Of a stretch of DNA of 64,000 nt, positions 10,975 to 20,774 are shown piece by piece (the first letter of the stretch is position 1; every line of letters begins with the position of its first letter). Source of the DNA: Deltaproteobacteria bacterium. GTDB taxonomy: Bacteria > Myxococcota_A > Polyangia > Fen-1088. The notes under the pieces were generated by a model, which saw only the letters and a program-made list of their open reading frames with translations, did no database searches and was not told the origin of the DNA. The translations under genes were made by a program, and so were the position numbers. Where the stretch lies: positions 1 to 64,000 of the forward strand of contig JANRKS010000005.1 of assembly GCA_033763315.1 (NCBI GenBank), in the 5' to 3' direction.

Positions 10975-12351
10975 ATGAAATCCTCAACCTTGCCATTTGT
11001 TCGGCGCCGTTTGCTCCAAGGGTTTGCAGGTTCGGCCGCAGCGGCGCTGCTGCCTTCGATTCGCTTAGGATCCGCGCACGCGGCGGGCGGTGTGCCCACG
11101 CGTTTGCTGCTTTGGTCAAGCGGCGGAAGTGTGCCGCGACATCGGCATGTCTTCAAATCCGCCGCGGGTGGAGCTGCCACGGAGACAGACTTCGTTTTTC
11201 CTGAACACCACAAGAATTTCAATGCTTGGCGAAGCAAAGCTGTGGCGTTCGAGAACCTGGACATGGTCTCGGCCATGGTGGACAAAACGCAGTTTGCCAA
11301 CGCGCACGCGCAGTGTGGCGGCCACGTGCTCGGCGCGGCAAACATGTATTCGCCGGATCGTCCGAGTGGTCCCACATTTGATCAGTTCATAGCCAAAGCG
11401 CTCAACGCGCCCGCGCCTGTCACCAAGATACCGTCATTGGCTTTGGGTGTGCGTGCCGCAGGCGATAACATTTCCGCCACCGCGCCTGGGCAACTGACGC
11501 CGTTCGATCAAAACCCACTCGACGTATACCAGCGGCTGTTTGGCGCCGGCCTCCCAAGCGCTGATCCTGCGCGCGCCGCAGAAGTCGCCAAATTGGCTGA
11601 GCAACGCAATAGTGCGATCGATTTGGCGCTGAGTGACTTCGCGGCTTTAACGCCACGGTTGGGAAAAACAGAGCGCGACAAGCTGCAGGCGCATGCAGAC
11701 ATCGTCAGTGACCTCGGCAAGCGCTTGTCCATCACGCAAGGGGCTTCATGTTCGGCGCCCACCAAGGCCTCGGTTCGATCCGGTAGCTACAACGCGGATG
11801 TGGCCGGCTTTGCACGCCTCATTCAAGGGGCCTTCGCATGCGACCTCACACGCGTTGCTCTGTTGTTCTCACGCGGGCCCACCGAAGCGCCCGCCGACTG
11901 GGGTTACGTACCTGGCGCTTGGGGCACCACCGACGACCACGATCACGAACACAAGACCGGGTATGCAGGATCGCTGCGCGACCATCCCGAGGCCATGGCT
12001 TGCAGCGTGCGCCGTCATCAAATCGAATCCAGGGAGCTCTCTGACATGTTGGCGCTGCTCGACGCCACTCCGGAGTCCGATGGTGGCACCGTTTTAGATC
12101 ACACGATCGTTTTGTTCTGCCCAAACATGGGCGACCATGGGCACGCGGTTGATCAGATGCCTTGGGTGTTGTTCACAGGCAAATCCACCGGCATCCGCAC
12201 CGGGCGTTACATGCGTTTTGCGCGTACAGGGGGCCGAGGGATGCCCCACAACAATCTGTTCGTCTCGATTGCGCAGGCCATGGGGGTGCGTACACAGACC
12301 TTTGGCAATCCCACGGTTTGTACGGGGCCCATTCCTGGCCTGCTTGCCTAA
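10975..12351 (+). CDS. DUF1552 (HXXSHH) family protein with Tat-like leader
   Basis: VRRRLLQG...AHA leader, TFDQFIA, AFACDLTRVA, HDHEH, VLDHTIVL, PHNNLFVSIAQAMG; AAGGAG RBS. Confidence 0.9.
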   Translation: MKSSTLPFVRRRLLQGFAGSAAAALLPSIRLGSAHAAGGVPTRLLLWSSGGSVPRHRHVFKSAAGGAATETDFVFPEHHKNFNAWRSKAVAFENLDMVSAMVDKTQFANAHAQCGGHVLGAANMYSPDRPSGPTFDQFIAKALNAPAPVTKIPSLALGVRAAGDNISATAPGQLTPFDQNPLDVYQRLFGAGLPSADPARAAEVAKLAEQRNSAIDLALSDFAALTPRLGKTERDKLQAHADIVSDLGKRLSITQGASCSAPTKASVRSGSYNADVAGFARLIQGAFACDLTRVALLFSRGPTEAPADWGYVPGAWGTTDDHDHEHKTGYAGSLRDHPEAMACSVRRHQIESRELSDMLALLDATPESDGGTVLDHTIVLFCPNMGDHGHAVDQMPWVLFTGKSTGIRTGRYMRFARTGGRGMPHNNLFVSIAQAMGVRTQTFGNPTVCTGPIPGLLA

Positions 12352-12394
12352 AACGCCGCGCCAATTGGCTTCAAGCGGCGTACCATAGACGGGC

Positions 12395-15376
12395 GTGGTT
12401 CGTCGGATCGCTCCCTCCGTTGCTTGGTTCGTTGCATGGCTTTGCTGGCTCGGCTGCCCAGCGGCGTTTGCGTCCAACGCGTCCCCTGCATGGCGATCCT
12501 TGGTGGCTTGGCCGCGCCCGTCGGTGGTGCAGGACATCGTTCAGACGCCCGCGGGGCATCTACTGTTCGCGGGCGTCAGCGGCCTCGTTCGCTTCGATGG
12601 GATCTCGTTTGTCGACGTTGCCGTTCCCGGCACGCGTTCGGTGCGACGCGTGCTGGCCGCGTCCGATGGATCCATGTGGGTGGCTTTAGGCGCGGCGAAG
12701 ATAGGGCGCAACGGAACTTACCCCGGCCAAATACGTGTGGGGTTCCGTGAAGGGGCCGGCGGCTTGGTTCGTATCAAAGGAGACGAGACGCAGATCATAT
12801 GGCCCGCCGATGGCAAGGCCGAGCATTGGGTGTGGGCGTTGACCGAGACTGCGGACCACCAGATCTGGATCGGCACCGAAGCGGGGCTGTTTCGCATGTC
12901 ATCGTCTGATCCTTCTGCGTCCGCCGTATGGCTTGGCGATCGCTTTGCGCATGTCCCGATGCTTGTCTCATCGTTGCAACCCGCTGCCTCTGCAGACGAG
13001 GTGTGGGTGGGCGGCAGCGACGGGGTCTACCTCGTAAATGGTCACGGGCAACGCAAACTGTGGAACGATCCTGTTTTGGACGTGACGGCACATCTTGATA
13101 CGGCGTTTGTCGCCACGGATGACGATGTGTTTGCACTTCACTCAAATACATCAGCCACAGCGCCGGCTCGGCTGGGTCTGCAAAAATTCGGGCCGCCGCT
13201 CACGCTTGCAGCCGACAGCAACGCAGGCGTTTGGGTGGCTTACGCCAAACAGCTTGTCCATGCGTCTTTTGTCCGCGCTCCCGAATCGTTCGCTCTTGCC
13301 GACGCCGTGCCGCACACAAAGATGTTCGTGGATCGCGAGGGCAGCGTGTGGATGGGCACGGCCGGCGTGGGCTCGATCCAATCGCGTCCTTGCGGGGTTC
13401 GCAATTTGTGGTCAGGCAATGGACTTGACGGCGACGTGGCCTTCTCAGTTTTGCGCGCCCACGACGACGCCGTGTGGGTCCGCACCGATGTTGGCATGCA
13501 ACGGTTCTTTGAGGGTGAGTCGCAAACATTTCGCTTCGATGATGGCTTTCCCGCTTGGGCCCCGGGCCCTTTGTCCCAAGACGGCGCGGGTCGATTGTGG
13601 GTGAGCGCCGGCACGCGACTGCAGCAAGCGCCAAGCCATGGTTTCACGGCAATGACCACGGCGGCCACGGCATCAGTACGCAGCCTTATGGTGGATCATG
13701 AGGGCAAGATCTGGGGCAGCGGCAGCGATGGTGGTCTTTTTCGCTTCGCTGCAGAAAATCCCGCCACCGTGGAGCTTTCGTTGGTGAAGAGCGATGGACT
13801 TTGTCCCGGCTACATCGCTCATGTGGCTGAAGGTCCGCCGGGAACGTTGTGGGCGGCCGGCAACCAAGGCCTTTCACGCGTGCAAAACGGTGGCGCGCGT
13901 TGCTTTGCCGCGGCAGAAGGATTTGTTGTCACGGATCTCACATCGGCCCTTCCCACCGAGTCTGGTCGCGTATGGATCACCGCCGTGGGCGACGTGGGTC
14001 TGTTTCTCTTCGATGGGAAAAAGGCCATCGCGTTCGGCACCACTAGCGGCATGCCAAGGGGTTCGTTGTTCTTCGCGGTTGACGATCACAAAGGATCGTT
14101 ATGGTTCACCTCTGACCATGGCGTGTTCTTGGTTTCGCAAGCTGAATTGATGGCGTGGGCGGGCGGTGGACCTGCTGTGCACGTTCAGCGTTTTGGCGTT
14201 GAGGATGGCTTGCGCAGCGAACACGCGATGGCTGCGTTTCCTCCTGGCGCCGTGGTCGCGCGCGACGGCGTTCTTTGGGTACCCACGCTCGCAGGGCTTT
14301 CGCTTGTGGCGCCGCCTTCACAACACCCAAAAGTTGTCGCCACGCCCGTGTTGGAAAGCGTTGTTGTAGATGGTGCGGCGTTGTCCTTAACGGAGTCACA
14401 AAAGCACATTGGTCCGAACGTGGGCCAGATGGAGTTTCGCTTTAGTGCGCCCAGTTTCGTTAACCCGGGGCGTCTGCGCTTCGAGCACCGTCTGATCGGC
14501 GCCGAACACGCGTGGAGCCAAGCCAGTGAAGCGCGGGTCGCCACGTATGCGCGCTTGCCTGCAGGAAACTATCAGTTTCAGCTTCGCATCGCGGCACAAG
14601 CCAGCCCCACACAGAGCTTGTCATTCACCGTGGTCCCACATTTTTTCGAGACAAATGGGTTCCGGCTGTTTTGCTTATTCTTGGTGGCGGGTGCAGCCCT
14701 CGCCCTGCATAGGACCAGGACCGCACGCATTCGTGCCCGCTTTGCGTTGCTGCAAACCGAACGAGCGCGCATCGCGAGGGACCTGCACGATGGCTTGGCG
14801 CAGGTTTTCTTGGGCTTGGGATTTCATCTCGATAGCCTCCGCATTTGCCTCGGTGACACTGCACCCGAGCAAGTTGCAAAACTGGCCGATGGTGCTCGGG
14901 ATCTACTGGATAGGGCGCAGGCCGAAGTCCGCAGCGCCGTGTGGACCTTGCGCACCGAATTCGGCGACGATGTTCTGCGGCGTTCGCTAACGCGGCTTGG
15001 CATTCAATCGACCAAGACATTGGGCGTTGATGTGAAAGTTGACGTAGGCGAGGCCGTGCCGCCTGTCTCCGGTTTGCTTGAGCAAGAGCTGCCAGCCATC
15101 GCCCGTGAGGCGATCACCAATGCCGTGAACCACGGCCAGGCACGTAAAGTGAAGGTGTCACTTGAGATCACGCAGGAGGCTTTGGTGCTCACGGTCGCCG
15201 ATGATGGCAAGGGGCTCTTGCAAGCTGGTGGTGGGGGCAGTGGCTTCGGCTGGATTGGCATGCGCGAGCGGGCCCATCGTCTGGGTGCCGAACTTTCGGT
15301 AAGCCCGGGAACCCAGGGTGGTACCATCGTGATCGCTCGCATACCCCGAAGTGCCTTGAACGCTCTTGCGAAATGA
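12395..15376 (+). CDS. Sensor histidine kinase: beta-propeller (Reg_prop) + Y_Y_Y + TM + HisKA_3/HATPase
   Basis: Repeated D..G.LW.GT..GL blades, YARLPAGNYQFQL, TM helix, ERARIARDLHD, EAITNAVNH, DDGKG, GMRERA. Confidence 0.9.
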   Translation: MVRRIAPSVAWFVAWLCWLGCPAAFASNASPAWRSLVAWPRPSVVQDIVQTPAGHLLFAGVSGLVRFDGISFVDVAVPGTRSVRRVLAASDGSMWVALGAAKIGRNGTYPGQIRVGFREGAGGLVRIKGDETQIIWPADGKAEHWVWALTETADHQIWIGTEAGLFRMSSSDPSASAVWLGDRFAHVPMLVSSLQPAASADEVWVGGSDGVYLVNGHGQRKLWNDPVLDVTAHLDTAFVATDDDVFALHSNTSATAPARLGLQKFGPPLTLAADSNAGVWVAYAKQLVHASFVRAPESFALADAVPHTKMFVDREGSVWMGTAGVGSIQSRPCGVRNLWSGNGLDGDVAFSVLRAHDDAVWVRTDVGMQRFFEGESQTFRFDDGFPAWAPGPLSQDGAGRLWVSAGTRLQQAPSHGFTAMTTAATASVRSLMVDHEGKIWGSGSDGGLFRFAAENPATVELSLVKSDGLCPGYIAHVAEGPPGTLWAAGNQGLSRVQNGGARCFAAAEGFVVTDLTSALPTESGRVWITAVGDVGLFLFDGKKAIAFGTTSGMPRGSLFFAVDDHKGSLWFTSDHGVFLVSQAELMAWAGGGPAVHVQRFGVEDGLRSEHAMAAFPPGAVVARDGVLWVPTLAGLSLVAPPSQHPKVVATPVLESVVVDGAALSLTESQKHIGPNVGQMEFRFSAPSFVNPGRLRFEHRLIGAEHAWSQASEARVATYARLPAGNYQFQLRIAAQASPTQSLSFTVVPHFFETNGFRLFCLFLVAGAALALHRTRTARIRARFALLQTERARIARDLHDGLAQVFLGLGFHLDSLRICLGDTAPEQVAKLADGARDLLDRAQAEVRSAVWTLRTEFGDDVLRRSLTRLGIQSTKTLGVDVKVDVGEAVPPVSGLLEQELPAIAREAITNAVNHGQARKVKVSLEITQEALVLTVADDGKGLLQAGGGGSGFGWIGMRERAHRLGAELSVSPGTQGGTIVIARIPRSALNALAK

Positions 15377-15385
15377 GCTTTGCCC

Positions 15386-16015
15386 ATGACATCTCGCCCG
15401 ATCCGCATTCTCCTCGCTGATGATCACGAAATCGCCCGCGGCGGGATTGCGGTGTTGCTGGGGACACAGAGCGATCTTGAAGTGGTCGGTGTCGCGCCCG
15501 ATGGCGCCAAGGCAATGTCTATGTACCGAGAGTTGCGTCCCGATGTGTTGATCGCCGACCTGAAGATGCCGGTGTTTGATGGGTTGTCGGTGACCAGCAC
15601 TTTGTGTGAAGAGTTTCCGTCCGCTAAAATTCTCATCCTGTCTCACTACGATGGTGACGAAGACATCTTCCGCGCGCTGAAAGCCGGGGCCCGAGGCTAC
15701 CTAACCAAGGACACGCGCGGCCAAGAACTGATTGCCGCGATTCGCAAGATAGCGGCCGGTGGAACATTCATACCGCCCCATCTCGCTGAGGGACTCACGC
15801 AGAGATTGCTAAAGCCGACGCTCACGCCGCGCGAGCAACAGATCCTACAGCTGATGGCGCAGGGCCTTACCAATCGTAACATCTCCACCACCTTGGGCAT
15901 CGCCGAGCGGACGGTGGGCCTTCACGTGGGTCACGTGCTTGAAAAGTTGGACGCAGCGACCCGCACCGAAGCCGTGGCCGTCGCGATGAGGCGCGGTTTG
16001 ATCCGCGACCCTTGA
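15386..16015 (+). CDS. NarL/LuxR-family response regulator
   Basis: ILLADDH, DLKMP, GARGYLTK, LTPREQQIL HTH. Confidence 0.93.
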   Translation: MTSRPIRILLADDHEIARGGIAVLLGTQSDLEVVGVAPDGAKAMSMYRELRPDVLIADLKMPVFDGLSVTSTLCEEFPSAKILILSHYDGDEDIFRALKAGARGYLTKDTRGQELIAAIRKIAAGGTFIPPHLAEGLTQRLLKPTLTPREQQILQLMAQGLTNRNISTTLGIAERTVGLHVGHVLEKLDAATRTEAVAVAMRRGLIRDP

Positions 16016-16212
16016 CCGCCAACGCGGCGAGAATGACGCCTATTCATTTTATGACATCCCGGTGAACGCAGTGGCTTCGGCGGCCACAACCATGCGGTAC
16101 GCCACTTGCCGTGCGTTCATGCGGTCGCTGTGCACGATCCGAGGCCCCAAGAAAAACGCCTTAGAACCATTTTTGCATTCTGCACGCGGGCTGCGTTCTG
16201 GGATAGGGTCGT

Positions 16213-17478
16213 GTGATGGGTAACGCTCCAATTAAGCCCGCGTCCTCGCGCGCCACCTCCATATCCCGGCGATTGCTATTGAGCGGGGCGGCGGCCACCG
16301 TCGTTCATCCGCGTCCTGCAAAGGCCAAGGAACTTATGCGAATTACCAGGTTAGAAACGTTCTTGGTAAAGCCGCGTTTTCAGTTTCTTAAGATTCACAC
16401 CGATGCCGGTCTCGTGGGGTTGGGTGAGCCTGTTGTGGAAGGGCGCGCTCTTACGGTTGCCACCGCCATTAAGGAGCTCGAGCCTTACCTGATTGGCAAG
16501 GATCCCCGCAACATCACCCATCATTGGCAGGCTATTTATCGCCACGCGTTTTATCGAGGCGACGCCGTATTAACCAGTGCGCTTTCGGGCATCGACCAGG
16601 CTCTGTGGGATCTTAAAGGAAAGGCCCTGGGCGTTCCTGTCTATGAATTATTGGGCGGACCGACACGCAACAAGATTCGCGTGTATGCACACTTTCTTAA
16701 GAAGGAGCTGGTTGGGGCGGTGCCGGAGTCGGAGCGCCTTCCCTTGATGAAGAAACGAATCGCTGAGGGCTTCACAGCTTTCAAATTTGTGCGCCCAACC
16801 AACCTAAGGCCCATGCGTTTTGTGGAAAACAAGGCCGTGATCGATCGCTATGTGGCTGAGTTCGCAGCGGTACGTAAAGCGGCGGGCCCCGAGATCGACA
16901 TTGGCATCGACTTTCATGGGGCGGTTCCGCCGGCCACCGCCAAACTTCTGATCAAGGAACTGGAGCCATACCAGCCGTACTTTATCGAAGAGCCTGTGCT
17001 TCCTCAGTACGTTGATCTTATGGCGGACATCGCACGCGCAACGCCGTTGCCGATTGCCACCGGCGAACGCATCTTCACAAAGTGGGGTTTTCGCGAGATT
17101 CTCGAAAAACGCGCGGCCAGCATCATCCAGCCCGACACGTGTCACGCGGGTGGAATCACCGAGGTAAAAATCATTGCCGGCATGGCGGAGGCACATTACG
17201 CAACGGTCGCTCCGCATAACCCCCTGGGCCCGATTTCTCTTGCTGCGTGCGTGCAGATCGCGGCCTCGATTCCCAACTTCCTTTGCCAGGAACAAGTGAC
17301 GCTGGGCGAGGGGTATCTGAAGAATCCGTTCGTCGTGAAGAAAGGTCACATCGATCTACCAACCGGTCCGGGTTTGGGCATCGAACTTGACGAAGCCGCT
17401 ATTGCCAAGAAGCTCGGCACCTCTTGGAAGAACGAAGAATCGTTCGATGAGGACGACGGCTCGGTGACCGATTGGTAG
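16213..17478 (+). CDS. dgoD: Galactonate dehydratase-like enolase-superfamily enzyme with twin-arginine leader
   Basis: GLGEPVVEGRA, SALSGIDQALWDLKGK, DFHG, FIEEP, ATGER, QPD..HAGGITE, APHNPLGPI, terminal DDGSVTDW. Confidence 0.8.
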   Translation: MMGNAPIKPASSRATSISRRLLLSGAAATVVHPRPAKAKELMRITRLETFLVKPRFQFLKIHTDAGLVGLGEPVVEGRALTVATAIKELEPYLIGKDPRNITHHWQAIYRHAFYRGDAVLTSALSGIDQALWDLKGKALGVPVYELLGGPTRNKIRVYAHFLKKELVGAVPESERLPLMKKRIAEGFTAFKFVRPTNLRPMRFVENKAVIDRYVAEFAAVRKAAGPEIDIGIDFHGAVPPATAKLLIKELEPYQPYFIEEPVLPQYVDLMADIARATPLPIATGERIFTKWGFREILEKRAASIIQPDTCHAGGITEVKIIAGMAEAHYATVAPHNPLGPISLAACVQIAASIPNFLCQEQVTLGEGYLKNPFVVKKGHIDLPTGPGLGIELDEAAIAKKLGTSWKNEESFDEDDGSVTDW

Positions 17479-17488
17479 AGTCGGACCG

Positions 17489-18880
17489 CTACAGCACGCC
17501 GGCTATCGGCCCGGGCTGGACACCTTTGGCTTGTGTTCCGAAAGTGGTGTCCTTTTGACCGAAGGCCGCCAGAATCGTCACGTAAAGGTTGTTCAACGAA
17601 CAGTTGGATGCCGTCCAGGCCTTCTCCGCATCTGAAAACGATAAAAGCCTTCCCATTTTCACGTCGGGACCCAAGCTTCCCGCCAAGGCGGCGTGCACCG
17701 AAAGACCGTTGTGGCCGATGCCATATCCGAAGTCGCACGTCCACTGGATGGTGGTGTGGTCCAGCAGAGTTCCCGATTCGTCTTGCACCTCCGAAAAGCG
17801 CGACAACATCTTGGCGAAGCGGGCTGCATACCACCGGTATCCGGAGATCAAACCGCCGATGTCGCGTTTCGTCTCACCGGCATGTACCATGTCGTGCCAG
17901 TTTCCGTAGCCTGAGAGAAATCCACCAAATACCCCCGGATCGTGATCGTCTGTAAACTCTACCGTTGCCACGGACGTGAGATTGCAGGCGAAGGCCATCG
18001 CCAGAATTTCTGTCTGCGCGTCGGCGTTGGCTTCATGGTTCGAGTCTGGATTGAAGCCGGCCGGCAAGTTGAGCTTTGGCGTTGTGCAGGCCACGGACCC
18101 TTGAGCGTTGAGTCGCGTTTCAAGCTCGCGCAGCTTATCTGTGTGTTGATCTAATCGACGTTTATCTTCCGTTCCGAGCCGCGCACGGAAGGTTGTCATG
18201 TTTTCCTTTACGCCATCAAGAACAGACTTGCGACGTAAGGCCAAACGCTCAAGCTCTTTGGAGGATTGGGGGGTGGTGGTGAACAGCGATGCCAATACCT
18301 TTCGGGGATCACCTTGCGATTCAATCTTGTCTCCAGGGCCAGCGTACAGTCGAATCTTCGCCGAACGTCCTACCGCCAGATTCAGGCTGGAGCGTTGCCC
18401 CGGCGTTCGAATGCGGGCGGATAGAACCTGATCGAATGACGGACCTCCCCCATTGGGCACGCAGGTCAAACACGTGCTTTGCTTCGTGGCGTGGCCGTCA
18501 CCCGAGGCTATTTCAGCCACTTTGTTATCGATGCCGCGGAAAAACAGCATGCGATCCTTGAAGGGTGCCACGGGTTCCAAGATCGAACCCAAACTGAAAT
18601 CGGTAGGGCTGGATCCCGGAATCGCCCACTGTTTAAACTGGGTACCTTGGCCTTGGTGCCACAGCAAGAACCGCTTCGGCCGCCCCGGAGCCGCTTGGGC
18701 CTTCCTGCTTAGGGCCTCGATGAACGGCAGACCCACAGTGATACCACCCACGCCGCGCAGCAAGGATCGCCGCCCTAGGACGAAGGCTCCCGTTTTGTGA
18801 GGCTGGGCGCGCTGCAGCTCTTGGTCCACGCGACGTTGATCCGCTGCGACCTGCTTATTCATAGATGCTTCTGCGCTCAT
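17489..18880 (-). CDS. DUF1552 family protein
   Basis: GRRSLLRG..GLPFIEAL, SFDQVL, AFACNLTSVAT, WHDMVH, LLDHTTI. Confidence 0.9.
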   Translation of the reverse strand: MSAEASMNKQVAADQRRVDQELQRAQPHKTGAFVLGRRSLLRGVGGITVGLPFIEALSRKAQAAPGRPKRFLLWHQGQGTQFKQWAIPGSSPTDFSLGSILEPVAPFKDRMLFFRGIDNKVAEIASGDGHATKQSTCLTCVPNGGGPSFDQVLSARIRTPGQRSSLNLAVGRSAKIRLYAGPGDKIESQGDPRKVLASLFTTTPQSSKELERLALRRKSVLDGVKENMTTFRARLGTEDKRRLDQHTDKLRELETRLNAQGSVACTTPKLNLPAGFNPDSNHEANADAQTEILAMAFACNLTSVATVEFTDDHDPGVFGGFLSGYGNWHDMVHAGETKRDIGGLISGYRWYAARFAKMLSRFSEVQDESGTLLDHTTIQWTCDFGYGIGHNGLSVHAALAGSLGPDVKMGRLLSFSDAEKAWTASNCSLNNLYVTILAAFGQKDTTFGTQAKGVQPGPIAGVL

Positions 18881-20628
18881 TGGGGCACCCGGCGGTAAAG
18901 AAAGTTGTCACTGAGGCTAAGAGCCACCAAAAGCTCCTTGAGATTGCCGTGGCTCTCCGAAAACTTCTTTTCAACAAACAAGATGGCACAAGCATCTTCA
19001 TCGCCATAGGCGCGGGCAACGGCGTAGGAGAACAGCTGACGCACAAAGCATCCTTGGACCACATCGCTGCTGGCCAAACGTTCGGCTAACTCGGGACCGC
19101 CTTGGAAGGGGCCACTGATGTCGCCTGCGTCTGTCAGATCGCCGCTCGTATCGATGCTCAAGTTGTCTCCTTCGGACGTGCGATGACGTCCTAACGCATC
19201 GTAGCCCTCAAGGCCAAAGCCGATGGGATCCATGAGTGCATGACAGCCCGCGCATGTCGGATCATCGCGATGTTGATTGAAGCGCTCGCGGCCACGCACA
19301 TTGGGATTCACGGGTGGTGGTTCGATCACGATGTTTGCCGGGATCACGATGTCTTGGCAAAGCATGTGCCGCCGCACAAATGCGCCCCGTGCCACAGGGA
19401 ACGACTCTTGTGATCCTGCGTGCGACGCCAAGAACGCTGCGGACGTGAGCAAGCCCGCCCGCTGTGACTCGTTTAGCGTCACGCTGGCGAATTTGTCGCC
19501 CATGCTGGTGTCGGCGCCGTAGATTTTGGCCAAAGCCGCGTTTGCCATGGTTCGGTTTCCTGCCAGCAGGCTGGATAAGGATGCATCCCCTCGAAAGGCA
19601 ACTTCTGCCGCGGTTTGCTTAACCTCAGAGCGCATGGCGGTCGCCAATGCATCATTCCACTCAGGAAAACGCTTGGGATCTTTCGTCTGGCTGTCCAGGC
19701 GGTAAAGTTCGAGCCAGTCTTCCAAGAAGGCACCGAACACGCTCTCTGTGCGCGGATCCTGGAGCATCTTGCGGGCTTGCGCCTCGACTTCTTTGGCTGT
19801 GTGCAGCTTTGCATCGCGGGCTAGTTGCAAGAGCTCGTCGTTGGGAGGCGCGTCCCACAGCAGGAAGCTGAGTCTTGAGGCAACTTCGTAATCTGTTAAG
19901 GGAACCACATCTCCCGAAGCGCCCGTCTTGCTCCCGAACTCAGCGATGTAAAGGAACTGCGGGGATTGCAGTACAAGCTCAATCACGCCCGCCAGGGCCT
20001 CTGCGGGCGTGAATGCAGCGCCAATCAATTTGGCGTACGTATTCTTAAGCGTTGCAAGCTCAGCGGGTTCTGCAGGGCGGCGGTAAGCCTTCTGTGCCAA
20101 CGTCTCGATGTATCGCAGCGCGCATGCGTCATCTGACGTGGCACCAGGTGTACAGCCTGCCAAGGCCACGACGTCTGTGGTGACCTTAGAGGCGATGGCT
20201 GTTGCGGCGGCCGCAATTTGCTCGGCGCCATCGGCGGTGACGCTGTTGGCGTCAACGAAGCTGCGGTATCCTTCGCGAATCGACGCCTTGGGAAAGTTGT
20301 TGGTTGTTGGGGCGGCGGCACCAAACAGTTGTTTGATGGCGTTCTGAAACTGCGTGTGCGTAAGCCGGCGGGTCGCAACCAAGCCTGGTAATGGGGCTTT
20401 GCATAGGGGTGCGGACTCTCCCGGTTGGGGCAGGCTGGTCGGGGCATCCTTGTCGGTGGGCGAGTCGTCAGAACCGCCGGCCGCGCCCGATTCGCCCCCT
20501 GTCACTGTTCCCGTGCAGGCCACGGTGAGTGAAGTGACGGCGATCCACGTTAGACTCGCGCGCATCATTGCGAACACCTGTAACTGCGTTCCGGTGAACG
20601 CGAAGGTATACCGGCTAAACTGCTGCAT
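18877..20628 (-). CDS. DUF1592/DUF1588 monoheme lipoprotein
   Basis: Lipobox TVAC, RRLTHTQF, LQSPQFLY, ASRLSFLLWD.PP, PVARG, CAGCH..MDPIGFGLE; GGAGG RBS. Confidence 0.9.
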   Translation of the reverse strand: MQQFSRYTFAFTGTQLQVFAMMRASLTWIAVTSLTVACTGTVTGGESGAAGGSDDSPTDKDAPTSLPQPGESAPLCKAPLPGLVATRRLTHTQFQNAIKQLFGAAAPTTNNFPKASIREGYRSFVDANSVTADGAEQIAAAATAIASKVTTDVVALAGCTPGATSDDACALRYIETLAQKAYRRPAEPAELATLKNTYAKLIGAAFTPAEALAGVIELVLQSPQFLYIAEFGSKTGASGDVVPLTDYEVASRLSFLLWDAPPNDELLQLARDAKLHTAKEVEAQARKMLQDPRTESVFGAFLEDWLELYRLDSQTKDPKRFPEWNDALATAMRSEVKQTAAEVAFRGDASLSSLLAGNRTMANAALAKIYGADTSMGDKFASVTLNESQRAGLLTSAAFLASHAGSQESFPVARGAFVRRHMLCQDIVIPANIVIEPPPVNPNVRGRERFNQHRDDPTCAGCHALMDPIGFGLEGYDALGRHRTSEGDNLSIDTSGDLTDAGDISGPFQGGPELAERLASSDVVQGCFVRQLFSYAVARAYGDEDACAILFVEKKFSESHGNLKELLVALSLSDNFLYRRVPQ

Positions 20629-20774
20629 CGGATCCTCCAGCCGCGAGAGTCAACCTCGGGCCATTACAAGGTTGCCTCGCCAGAGATTGTTGGGCATCAG
20701 CCAAAATACCGAGAAGACGCGGACAGAGGGCCCGGAAGAACAACGTCCGACATCGATCCATGGCGCGAGCACAG

